DNA of 64,000 nucleotides from contig JBHGNT010000007.1 of assembly GCA_043228905.1 (NCBI GenBank), positions 11,656,001 to 11,720,000 of the forward strand. Reading direction: 5' to 3'. The notes below the pieces were generated by a model. The model was given only the letters and a program-made list of their open reading frames with translations, did not search any database and was not told the DNA's origin. This DNA comes from Azolla caroliniana. Taxonomy: Eukaryota > Plantae > Polypodiophyta. The translations under genes were made by a program, and so were the position numbers. Below, one piece after another: positions 36,140-48,879 of this stretch; position 1 is the stretch's first letter; every line of letters begins with the position of its first letter.

Positions 36140-38192
36140 GGAGGATACGACAAGAAGATTACGTTTAGATATTAATAGAAAACATGCATATAATATGAAC
36201 ATGGCAAATAATGCAATAGTGCGATGTGTGGGAGTAGCAGAGCAAGTAGAGTTGTAGTGTTAGGGCAGCAAGTATTAGTGGATTTGCACTTCATGCCCGC
36301 ATGACCAAGGGCTTATCCACTAATACTACGAAGACCATGGTTGATGGGTATGAGAGTAAGAAAAGATTGACATTGTGAGGAATTAGAATTGTTCATTGAT
36401 AAGCCTCATGGTCAGAGAGTGAATTGTCATATGAAGACAGGACAATTACTTTATCTCCTAGATTATAGATTAAAAGAAGAAGAGCAAGATGATGTTGAAG
36501 GACTTTCAAATGAGGAATCCTTTTCTTCAAGTGAAGAGGATGAGGTTGATGATGAGTATGAGTTATTACATATAGGAGTTTACTTATGTGGATTTGGGTT
36601 AGAACCCACCAAAAGTCAGCCCAATGTGCCCAAGGAGGAACTCATGATAATGTTATCCCCTGATTTGACTAAAGAAGAGAAAAACTAATATTCTATGTTG
36701 TTTAACAAGCATCCTAAGTTGTTTGCTAAAGAGTATACTCAAATGAGGGGAACACATTCTGTGTTACATGAGATAAAGTTGCATAGCAATGTAATGCCAG
36801 TTCCTCAAAAACTACAAAGGTTGGGCAATATAAGGAGAGAGATATTGGAGGAAGGGGTAATCAAGTTATTGGGTATTGGATTTATTTGACCTATAGATTA
36901 TGTTGATTGGGTATCTCCAGTTGTCATAATACCTAAGAAGAATGGCAAGTGGAGAGTATGTGTGGATTTTAGACCTTTAAACGCTAAAATAGATGGAGAT
37001 GGAGGACAATAGAATCCTAATAAGTGCAAAATTGCACATAGAACACATTCGTGTTCACAAGTGGAAGGATCACACATTCCACTTTTAGATTCCCTTTATA
37101 ATTGTATAAATTTAGGCTATTTACCAAAACAGGGCACTGTAGTATCAAATGATCAACTAGAGGGGTAGAATTTGCCAAATTATTAATACACAACAAGTAT
37201 GAATATAGAAAACATGTAGTTTATAGTACATCTATAAAGTTGATAATCTACTCCTACGCAATGTATTTAAATTTAAGAATATCGTAATGGCTCTCTTGTT
37301 TGACACATGATCAAGTTTTAGAACAATATTATTAAATTTGAACCCTAGATTTATAAGTTGGGGTGTGGAAGTCCTTGTGCAGGTTTAACCATCCTATAGA
37401 AGTGTATATGCTTGAGATGGAAGTGATGTTTACTTATAATTTGTGATTATAGTTGATGTAGACTAATTCTTAGTGAAATTTGTAGGATATAATACCTTGC
37501 ACTAATGTTTGTGGAAATCCAAGCAAACTATACAAATGTGTCCAAATTAGAGATAACATTGAATGATCAATAGTGAATCATACATGACAACTTCATAAGA
37601 GGAAACACCAAGAAAGGTATGTGAAAGAGGACACACCCATATGTGAAAGTGTTTTTAGAATTCAAGATATTGAACACTAGAAGAATATAAGGTATGGAGC
37701 ATTCACATTTGGAGGGCAAGAACACGAACCAAGATCTTAAAGAGAAGTCAAACTAAACGTAAGAGAAAAGTAAAAAAAGAAAAGGCGGGCCACCTAAAAA
37801 CAATCCAAAAAGAATGGTCATAACTCATTCGTTTGAAGTCCAAATATCATGTTCAATTATGGGTTGGAAATCTCGTAACGTCAGCTATTGTTAAATTTTT
37901 ATGTTGCTAAATTTGGAGCTTAGATGATGGAGATATGAGGATGAGAAGGTCGTTGTGTCATAGCTACAAATAAGAGATGAAAAAACTTCTATAAAGAGCG
38001 TGAAAAAGAGAGGAAAGGGGAGAGGAAGATAGACAAGAAGTGACAAGAGACTTGTTAGAAAGGGGAAGAAGGAAGCATATTTGAAAGAGGACAGAGATTA
38101 AGGTAGAATAGTGAAAGAAATTTGTGGGTTTGAGTGCTTGGAAGTCAAGAAGTTCTTTGGTCTTTAGGTTGAATTTGGAGTTTATCCCCTTT

Positions 38193-38487
38193 TGTTGAGC
38201 GGCAAGCTAAACCGGAGCCGGATCGGCTGAATAAGCCTGAGCCAGTAAGCGAGATGAATCGGTATGCCGGTCAACAACCGAGCCGGTAAGTAGTAAGGAC
38301 CGGTGAGCTGGGGAGCCGGTATGCCGGATCCAATCCGTAACCGGAAACCTAGTATAGGTTAGACTACTAGGCAGTTATAGTCTCGTAGTTAGTGTCAGGT
38401 GCATGTGTGAGCATTGAAGTACACCGTACCTCAAACAGTCCTGTGTGGACTTATATAAATAGCGCTGATGAGCGTGTGTCTCTCTCT

Positions 38488-38540
<53 letters not shown>

Positions 38541-41500
38541 CTGTTCTTTCTAACGCTTCCGCAAGAAATCTTTTACATGGTATCAGAGTGCGTGGGTTGA
38601 GAACCTCTGCTGCAAACATCTACGCTTGTGAAGGAAACCCTAACAGATCGGAAAACAGACACAAAAGGAGAAATGGACAGAGGTATGGCTACGTCGCTCC
38701 CGGTGGAGAAGCTCGACAGAACCAACTACGCATCTTGGTCATACAAGATGCACCAGTACCTGCTTGGGCATGGCTACTGGAGTTATGTTGACGGAGTGAA
38801 CGACTCAACACAGGAGACGACGCACAAGGACTTCCCAATGTGGGAACAGGCGGCAAGCAAGGTGATGTACTGCTTCGCGTCCAGTGTTGGTGACCAGCTA
38901 CTCAGCCATATCTGTGACGCCAAGACACTGAAGGATGGTTGGGGAAACTTGAAAAAGATCTTCGCCGCAAGCACCATTGCCCGGAAGATGCAACTCAGAC
39001 AGGAGTTTAGCAATGTTCGACATAAGAACATGTCGGTGGCAGATTACACAGACCGGATCAAAGGAATCTGTGACTTGCTTGCCTCTATTAACGTCACAGT
39101 AGAGGAAGACGAAATGGTGCAGGTCTGTCTTGGAGGCCTGGCATCCAAGTTCAGAGCTTTCCGGACTGCGGTTTGTACAAGGGAGAATACACCCTCATTT
39201 TTCGACTTACAGTCGATGCTCCTTGTAGAGGAGAACCACGCCGGTGCATCTACCAGTGCATCCCTAGACAGACGGATGTTGTACACGGGAGCGGATCGGT
39301 CCCGCGGGCATGGTGGACGAGGCAGGTCGGCACGCAATGGAGGTGGCCGGCAAGAGCAGGAACGAAGGCACAGTGAGCGTGTCGACAACAGTTCCGGGAC
39401 TTCCACAAGCAGGGGGAGTCAAGGTGGTGCCGGAGGCCGGCAAGACAAATCCGCTACGGAATGCTGGTGCTGTGGCAAAAAGGGCCACAAGGAAAGCGAG
39501 TGCTGGAGAAAGCGTGCCGATTCGGACAAATCCGGATCCGGCAAGACTGGTAAGGAAGGCCGGCAAAGCTCACACTACGCAAACGGATCGGGAGGATCCA
39601 AGAACGGTAAGGGGCCAGCCTTGATGATGAAGCACAAGGCAAACTCAATGAAGAAGACCACTTCCAAATCGGAGGAAGTGTGGTACGTTGACTCCAGTGC
39701 ATCGAACCACATGACGAGCCACGAGGAGTGGTTCTCCTTTTTGGAGAAGCCGGATCAACCGGGAGTTGTTGAAACCGGAGACGACACTCCCCATCCGATC
39801 GTGCACGTCGGTGAAGTCCCTTTGAGCCACGTTGGACAGAGGGGGAAGCTGATGAATATATTACATGTTTGGACGATCAACAAGAACCTGGTGTCGGTCG
39901 GACAGATGGTCGACCAGGGGATGCAGGTGCGGTTTACGCACCTCGGGTGCTTCATTGAGGATGAGGGCGAAGTTATTGCGCAAGGGCGCAGAGATGGGAG
40001 GATGTTTATCCTCAACACCAATGACGTTGGCACCGCACTGTTCGCCAAAGGACAGAAGGTCGAGTCGGATATCGACATGTGGCACAAGCGGATCGGCCAC
40101 GTCAACTATCGGAGGCTTCAAGACCTGCAAACGGAACAAGTCGTTTTCGGTTTGCCGAAGTTTAGCGGCCGGAGAGCCCAGATTTGTGAATCCTGCCAAC
40201 TCGGGAAGCAACACCGGCTTCCATTCCCCATCGAAAGAAATCGAAGCCATAACAAGCTCGATCTTATCCATTTGGATGTGTGGGGACTAGCACAAAATGT
40301 TAGCATTGGCGGGAGTCGATATTTCGTCTCCTTCATCGACGACTACACGCGGCATACGTGGATCTACCTCATTGAACAAAAGAACGAAGTCTTTGAGTGT
40401 TTCCGGAGCCTCTAGAAGATGGTGGAATGGGAATCGGAGAGGAAGATCAAATGCCTACAGTCGGATGGCCGAAAAGAGTACTTTTCTAGTCAATTCAACA
40501 ACTATCTGCAACAAAAGGGAATTCAGCGAGAATTCAGTTGCAGATACACACCGCAACAGAACGGTGTGGCCGAAAGGAAGAATTGGTCGTTGATTGACGT
40601 GGCTAGGGCAATGCTGGAGGAAAAGAGCATGCCCAAGTTCTACTGGGCGGAGGCGGTCCAAACGTCTGTTCTACCGGATCGGGGACAAGGTGTCAGCTCA
40701 CGAGCTGTATTTCGGGCGCAAGCCGAATTTGAGACAGCTCCGGATATTCGGCAGCATAGGCTATGTACATGTGCCGGATGAGAAGCGGAGAAAGCTGGAT
40801 GCAAAATCAGAAAAATGCATCCTAGTCGGCTATGCTCAAGAGCAAAAGGGGTATAAGTGTTATAACCCCCGGACGAAGCAGGTCCGAGTTAGCCAAGATG
40901 TCGAGTTTGATGAATCGACATCGTGGTATTCCTTATCGATTCCAACTTCCGATCCCGACCAGATGTTGGAGGATGGGGCTAGTGAGCCCGAACCGGCCTA
41001 GGTAGGGAAAGATGAAGCCGGGACTCAAGATGAGGGTCCGGAATCGTTCCGGTTAAGCGGACCGAATGAGAGACTGGATCAGTCCAACCAGTCGGATGAT
41101 GAGACGGCGAGTAGTGGAGACTCTGTCATGCTCTCCCTGCGCAAGGAACCGAGAAGACGGTTCACACACAAAGAGAAAGGGAAGCAGAAGATGCCGGAAT
41201 TCGAGACCGGCAATGATGAGTCGGATCGGTGCGTATCTAACTTCAGCAGGACATAGGCAGATCTTCGGGAACGAAGACTGAACGGGCCAAGAAGGGTCTC
41301 ATACCGGGTAATGGTGAGTTACGCCGGTCCACCCGCCAAAAGGATCTCGTTAAACGGTACGGGTATAACGAGTACATGGCGCATCATTATGCGTACATGA
41401 CCAAGGTCGCGGAAGTGCGTGAGCCGGAGAGCTACGCAGAAGCGGCAAAGGACTCAAATTGGCGTGACGCTATGGAGGAAGAAATGCGGGCACTGGATGC

Positions 41501-44072
41501 CAAGGAACTTGGGACCTGGTTGACCCTCCACGTCACCGTAAACCGATCGGATGCAAGTGGGTGTACAAGGTAAAGTACAATGCCGTTGGTACAGTTAACC
41601 GGTACAAGGCCTGGTTAGTGGCGAAGGGATATGCACAGACCCACAAAATCGACTACGACGAGACCTTCGCTCCTGTAGCGAAGATGACGACGGTTCGTGT
41701 GGTACTAGCGGTTGTTGCGGCAAGGGGGTGGCATCTTCATCAGATGGATGTGAAGAATGCCTTCCTTCAAGGAGATCTTGAAGAAGAAGTCTTTATGACT
41801 CGACCCCCCGTATTTCAGTCGGAGGTGAACAAGTCGGCGGTATGCCGGCTGAGGAAGTCGTTGTACGGCTTCAAGCAAGCCCCCCGTGCTTGGAATGCTA
41901 AGATCACGCATCGGTTGTGAAAGATGGGGTTTGTTGCCTCTAAGTCGGACTCTTCCCTGTTCATCCGTCAAGGCTCAAACGGTCCAGTATGTATCTTACT
42001 CTATGTTGATGATTTAGTCATCACCGGCCCAGGTCTTTCGGAAATCAACCGCGTCAAGTCCCAGTTGTCGGACGCATTTGATATGAAGGACTTGGGGGAC
42101 CTTCATTATTTTTTGGGGATCGAGGTGATCCGCACCCCCGACGGAATATTGCTTTCTCAACGCCATTATGCGTTGAATGCACTGTACAAGTTTGGCATGA
42201 CGGAATGCCGACCTGTCTCCACACCCCTGGACCGGAATCAGAAGATCCGTCCCAACTCCGGACTAGCCTGCGATGAGAAACGCTTCCGACAAATAGTCGA
42301 AAGCCTAATCTACTTGACCATCACCCGACCCGACATTAGCTATCCGGTCGGAGTGGTAAGCCAATTCATGCAGAAGCCGACCGTGGAGCACCTTTAGTGC
42401 GCGCAACGAATACTGAGGTATGTAAGCGGCACTAAGGACCGGGGGCTCTTATACCGACAAGGTATAACCGAAGAGCTTGTCGGCTACACGGATGCCGACT
42501 GGGTTGGCGATGCAACGGATTGTCGCTCAACTTCCGGCTTTATGTTTTCTCTTGGGAGCGCGGATGTTGTGTGGAGCAGCAAAAAGCAGCCAACAATGGC
42601 TCTATCCAGCACTGAGGTTGAATACCGGGGCGCGACTGTTGCCACCTGCGAAGCCATTTGGCTTCGGCGACTACTCCAAGAGCTGCAGATCGAGGTACCG
42701 ACCCCGATCTTGATCTTCTGCGATAACCTCAGCAGCATGCAGCTCGCCAAGAACCCTGTGTTCCATGCACGCACAAAGCACATAGAAGTGCATTATCACT
42801 TCGTGCGTGAGCGGGTCCTGAGCGGTGAAGTTGAACTACGGTATGTTCACACAGATCAGCAAGTTGCCGACATCTTCACCAAGCCGCTCAGGTCGGACAA
42901 GTTGCTGCACTTTACCGAAATGCTTGGTGTTTAGCATCTCGACATGCCGCACTTGAGGGGGAGACGCAAGGGCAAAGACACTACCAAAACGGGCAAAGGA
43001 AAAAAAATTGTTGAACCCGTAGGTTAGAGAAGAACCGGTAGAGATGGAGACAAGAAGAAAAATGAAGCCAAGTCGACAAAGGAAGTCGGCACATCTGAAC
43101 AGGTCGGAGTGAGCGGCTGTGAAGAAGAAGTGTACACTCAGGAAGAGAAGTGCATGCTATGTGGAGGTCATCACGATCGTAATGGCCATGAAGAATTCGA
43201 CTTCGGTGAACCGGTTGAAGAAGCCAAGGGAAGCACGAAGAAGGCCAAGACCCGGACGTGGTTCGATGTGGTGAGAGGCCTGAAGCCGAAAATCGAATCG
43301 GAGGATACCAATTCGGACAAGAGCTGGAACGAGTTGGAGATAGCCGATTCGGATCAACAGAAGGATCCGGATGAGTCGGATCAACGAGAGGCCAAGGAGA
43401 CACGGACGCAACGGAAGTCGATGCCATCGCGGAGGAACCGACAGATCGGCAAGCGCCGGGGTCATAGCAGCGAAGGAGCTGAGATGGGCCTATTGAGCAG
43501 ACATGCCGAATGTTGAGGCACGCAGAACCAAAGGGGTCGCGGCAAACAGGACCGAACCGGACAAGGAGCGCGAGCAAGGCTAAGCGACGCCAGGAGAAGT
43601 CGGTTGGAAGAACCGGCTGCCACAGAGGTTGACACTACGACCCTACCTCAGGCTGAGCTTGAGGGGGAGTGTTGAGAGGCAAGCTCAACCGGAGCCGGAT
43701 CGGCTGAATAAGCCTGAGCAAGTAAGCGAGATGAATCGGTATGCCGGTGAGCAACCGAGCCGGTAAGCAGTAAGGACCGGTGAGTTGGGGAGCCGGTATG
43801 CCGGATCCAATCCGTAACCAGAAGCCTAGTATAGGTTAGACTACTAGGCAGTTATAGTCTCGTACTTAGTGTCAGATGCTCGTGTGAGCATTGAAGTACA
43901 CCGTACTTCAAACAGTCCCGTGTGGACTTGTATAAATAGCGCTGATGAGCGCATTGTAAAATATAGAGCACAGAGTATTCATATAATTTTGAAAAATAGT
44001 GTGTCTCTCTCTCCCTCTCTCCCTCTCTCTGTGTACTGTTCTTTCTAACGCTTCCGCAAGAAATCTTTTACA
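38193..44072 (+). mobile_element. Full-length Ty1/copia element L, TSD CCTTT
   Basis: LTRs 38193-38577 and 43670-44072; PBS TGGTATCAGAG at 38578; PPT GAGGGGGAG at 43661; CCTTT at 38188 and 44073. Confidence 0.96.
38673..42934 (+). pseudogene. Copia gag-PR-INT-RT-RH polyprotein of L with several stops and frameshifts
   Basis: [64 protein letters not shown]. Confidence 0.93.
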
Positions 44073-47000
44073 CCTTTGTATTGTCTTGATAATAGAATAC
44101 TATAGCATTCTTATCGCTTTCTCATCTTCTCTATATTTTCTCTTAATTTCTTGAATCTCTCTCCCTAATTCGTAGCCACCTTGGTCTCTATAATCTATCG
44201 TAATTCACAACTCTCGCTAATCGGTTTGGTCAAGGCCTCATATTGTGTACGATTATCATTTGTCTAATACATTCTATCATTTTGGTGCTCCAGAGAGGGT
44301 CAATCCTTTCCGTATAAGAGGAAAATATTATCCTTTGTTTGTGTTATTATACTACATTAACCTAGCAATGCAATTCTCGTTTTCGGGTGAAAGAACACAA
44401 GATGTTGATGCCTTTTTGGCATCCTTTGAGCATCATGTTGTCTCTATTGGACCCATCACCGACAATGAAAAGTTTTCTTTGTTGGTAGCTACTTTCTATG
44501 GTCGAGCTCAAGATTAGTATGAATCTCTTCCACCAAACAAACAAGGAGAACATCAATTGTTGGTGCATCAATTTCATACAAGATATATTCAACGACGAAG
44601 TGAAACCGAAGTAAGGGAAGAACTTTTTTAACTAAAGATGGAATCACCTTTTGGTTTCATAGAGTATGAAGGAAATTTCCAAGAATTGTTGATGATGTGG
44701 ATTCATCTTCGTGGTGGCACTGAAAACGAGTGGTTTAAGATGGAACGATTCAAGATGGGTCTAAACATGTATTTTCATTTGGAGGCAAACTTGAAGGATC
44801 CTACATCTTTTCAAGCTTTCATCCAAGTTTGTCAAGGTTATGATCGGAAAGTGAAGATGATGAGTTCCATGGGATTTTGCCAAGTGATGGCTTTGGATGC
44901 AAACTTGATGCCACGTGCCAACTTTCAAGCCTCATCTTCAATTGTGCATGGTGGACAAGTGTTTCCAAATGTGTATACTACCACAAAAATAAACCCAACA
45001 ATTGTATCTTAAGAAGTGGAGCAAGTAAAGAGTGAACAAGGTACAATGGCCTTGGTGAATCGACGCTTTGATCAAGTGATGGCCCATTTGCGACAATCCC
45101 AAGCAATTCACAACACCATTCTTGATAGTGGTGGCTTTGGAGGGCATCAAGGCGTAATTTTTTATTCTTGTCAAGAGGAGGGACACATCCCAACAATATG
45201 TCCTCATTGACAACAAAGACGTATTGCAAGATGCATGTCTCAAGTGCAAATGAATGGGCAACAACCTATCAACAATGGAATAGAAGGAGGTGAAGCCATA
45301 GCCCTTCCTATGGCTCAAGTTCCTACAATTCCTCATAATGTGAATCTTCTTAATTTTATTGATGATAGTGATAATGCTTGTGAAGTAGCTCCTGTGAAAA
45401 GGACAAAAGCCCCTCAAAAGGAGAAAGAAGTAGTAGGAGAATCTAGTGTATCAAGACACAAGAGGAAGTCAAAGGAGAATGTGAAAGAGGAGAAATTGAG
45501 AAGGAGACATGACAAAAGGAAGATAAAGATGGAGGATATCCTATGGGAGAAGGTGTAGAAGATTTCAATTTGAAGCATGAATTGGTATCAAGTGGACCAA
45601 GGATAACATGACCGCAACTTCTCCAATTATCTCCTACATTACCAAAGGAGTAGGGGAGGATTGCAAGTATTCGTCAAAGGCAAAAGACCGTGCATTACGT
45701 AGGTTTTGTGCAAGTTAGAGACCGAAAGGATATTCAACCCACTATCCCGGTAACCATTAAAGCTCTTTTAATTAAAGATTGTTTAGTTGATAGTGATATT
45801 AGAATTGATCCTACATCTAAAGTTGTAGTGAGTAAGATTGGAAATCTTATATATCAAAAGTGAACTACCAAGCTAGACATGGTTGATGGGGTATTGACCT
45901 CTCATTTTGGAGCTATAGAGGATATGGCTATTAAATTTTTTGGCATACCCATTTCCATGGATTTACATGTTATACTTATTAAAGGTTCATCTTATTCCTT
46001 AATATTAGTAAGACCTTGGATGCAATAATTACATATAATAAAGGATTGGAGTATGAGGAACTTATCACCATTGAAGAGGTTTAACATCTTCTACAACTTG
46101 TTTGTACCACGAGTAATTAATTGTATAAAGGAGAAGGAATTATATATCGATAGTCGAAAGAAAGAAGAGGAAAGCATAACAAGTGATGAATCTGTGTGGG
46201 CTAGGGAAAAGAAATTGTTTGTGGTGTTTAAGGGCAAAGAAGAAGGCATTGAAGAAGGCATTATCACACTGAAGGAAAGAAGAAGAAGATATCAAGCAAT
46301 ATCCAAGGAGAAGAACATCTAAGGTTTATTTCTCTTTCTACTAAGTTTCCAACGTTATTCATAAGTAGTTGTTCAAAGATAAAAAGGGTGAATGTGATCA
46401 AACACCACATCAAGCTGAAGGAGAGTGTGTCAATTGCCCAAAATCTTCAACAATTGGATGTTGTGCGGAGAAAAGTAAAAAAAGTAAAAGTAAGAGACAC
46501 AGAGAAAAGTACAAAAAGAAAAAGCGGGCCACCTAAAAACAGTCTAAAACGAATGGTCATAACTCATTCGTTTGAAGTCCAAATATCATGTGCAAATATG
46601 GGTTGGAAATCTCGTAATGTCAGCTATCTTTAACTTTTTATATTGCTAAATTTGGAGCTTAGATGAGGGAGATACGAGGATGAGAAGGTCGTTGTGTCAT
46701 ATCTAAAAATAGGAGATAAATTTTTTCTATAAAGAGTGTGAAAAAGAGAGGAAATGGGAGAGGAAGATAGACAAGAAGTGACAAGAGACTTGTTAGAAGG
46801 GGGATGAAGGAAGCATATTCGAAGGAGGAAAGAGATTAAGGTAGAATAGAGAAAGAAATTTGTGGGTTTGAGTGATTGGAAGTCAAGAAGTTCTTTAGTC
46901 TTTTGGTTGAATTTGGAGTTTATCCCTTTTGTATTGTCTTGATAGTAGAATATTATAGCATGCTTATCTCTTTCTCGTCTTCTTTATCTTTTCTCTTAAT

Positions 47001-47289
47001 TTCTGGAGTCTCTCTCCTTAATTTCTGGTGTCTATAATCTATCATAATTCAGAACTCTCTCTAATCGGTTTGGTCAAGCCCTCATATTGTATACGACTAT
47101 CATTTGTCTTATACAGTCTATCGCCATACATACCAAGGAATACTCATTATTTTTGGAGAATACCCATAAACAACCAGGAATGAGAGCACCTACAACCATG
47201 GATCATATATTGGATAAAGTTGGAGACATGGCTATTAATGTTATTTCAATCCAAAATGTAGACAATATTTCAAAATACTAGATACAATG

Positions 47290-48128
47290 AAATTGTAGAG
47301 TTTCAATTGTCTATAAATGTATATTTTAATTCAAATGTGACAGACAATAAACCAAGCGAATGGATTTAGATACAACGAAATTGTAAAGTTAATGGTATAT
47401 TATAATTCTAAATAAACAGATTGAATGGATTTGGATCCAAACAGGTGTTAGAGACCATAAACCAAGCGAACGGTTTAGGATACAATGAAACTGTAAAGTT
47501 AAAGGTATATTATAATTCAAAATAAATTCATCAAATGGGTTTGGATCCAAACGGGTGTTATAGACCATAAACCAAGCAAATGGTTTAGGATACAATGAAA
47601 TTGTAAAGTTAAAGGTATATTATAATTCAAAATAAATTCATCAAATGGGTTTGGATCCAAACGGGTGTTACAGACCATAAACCAAGCAAATGGTTTAGGA
47701 TACAATGAAACTGTAAAGTTAAAGGTATATTATAATTCAAAATAAATTCATCAAATGGGTTTGGATCCAAATAGGTGTTACAAACCATAAACCAAGCGAA
47801 TGGTTTAGGATACAATGAAACTGTAAGCTAAAGGTATATGATAATTCAAAATAAATTCATCGAATGGATTTGAATCCAAATGGGTGTTACAGACCATAAA
47901 CCAAGCAAATGGTTTAGGATACAATGAAACTATAAAGTTAAAGGTATATTATAATTCAAAATAATTTCATCAAATGGATTTGGATCCAAATGGGTATTGT
48001 GGCAATATAAACCAAGCAAATGGATTTGGATGTAACAATGAAATGGTAAAGTTAAATGTATATTACAATTCAAAATGTTAACGACAATAAACCACAAGAT
48101 GTTATAGAGAATAAACCAAGCAAATGGA
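47290..48128. repeat. AT-rich minisatellite, ~110-bp unit, about 7 copies
   Basis: ATAAACCAAGC recurs at ~47347, 47457, 47567, 47677, 47787, 47896, 48007 and 48111. Confidence 0.92.
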
Positions 48129-48879
48129 AAGAATAAAACTTGGATTAAAATGTGAATTATCAATGTATTGCAAAAGATATTATACACTAGTTCATAGGGC
48201 TCTAATGATACAATGTTCACATAGCAATCAATGTATCTACATCGTTCTCCTCTTCCTCCTTTTGAGAACTATCATTGCATATTTGTGCATTTGTGTCCTC
48301 CTCAGTTAAGCGAGCAACCATAGGGTCCTCAATAAGTTCATCATCAAGATCAATGAGCTCCCCAAGTTCACCAACTAACGGAGGAATCGGCTCACAAGAG
48401 GCAACTTGAAACCATTCTATATCAGCGATGTGCTTTGCGCCGACCTCTTTGTCTTGATCCAGACATTCCCAGAAGGCCTTTATCCTCATATTGATAAAGC
48501 TCACTTGCTCCTCATCCTTCTCCAATGCAATAGTGTTTCGGAAGAGCTTCGAAGCACACGCGAATGTAGTACTTACAATCAAAGTGAGAAGAAGGTTGTG
48601 TTAGCCAACTGAATGTGTTCGATTACTTTAGAATAGCCAACATGTTTTGAATTATACATGTGCTAGAGAAAATATTAATATCCAGTTGCCCTCAATGATA
48701 AACATTTCTATAAGGCACATCATAAGTCCCCATTCTAAAGTGGTGACATGTCGTAGTTTACGTGCAACTGTTGGATACACCAGCAGATTTGAACCTCCAA
48801 CTTCATTAGAATAGTCCTTGATTCTTTGCTTCTTTATTTCATCAAAATAACCAACTGTTATGTAGTTGATTGCATTCAT

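Larger units (their letters stand above)
28893..36990 (+). pseudogene. Old decayed gypsy gag-PR-RT (element G), split inside the protease by copia F
   Basis: CYNCFEGGHISPNC knuckle at ~29365; VDGGAEVCVIKE|DTTRRL reads across the F insertion; WVSPVVIIPKKNGKWRVCVDFRPLN at ~36908-36985. Confidence 0.75.
37760..47123 (+). mobile_element. Decayed, internally deleted gypsy element K; its 5' LTR is interrupted by copia L
   Basis: 37760-38192 plus 44078-44279 matches 46500-47123; PBS-like TGGTGCTCC at 44283; gag remnant (FSGERTQDVDAFL, CQEEGHIPTIC); protease remnant; RT cut off at ~46465; LTR 5' boundary uncertain. Confidence 0.8.

Noticed and set aside
38783-43577. Many overlapping antisense and alternate-frame ORFs in the GC-rich copia elements
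   Set aside because: Shadow ORFs of the polyprotein with no recognisable motifs.
47389-48220. Repeated small ORFs (MYPKPFAWFMV...) as a peptide gene family
   Set aside because: They are by-products of the 110-bp tandem repeat.
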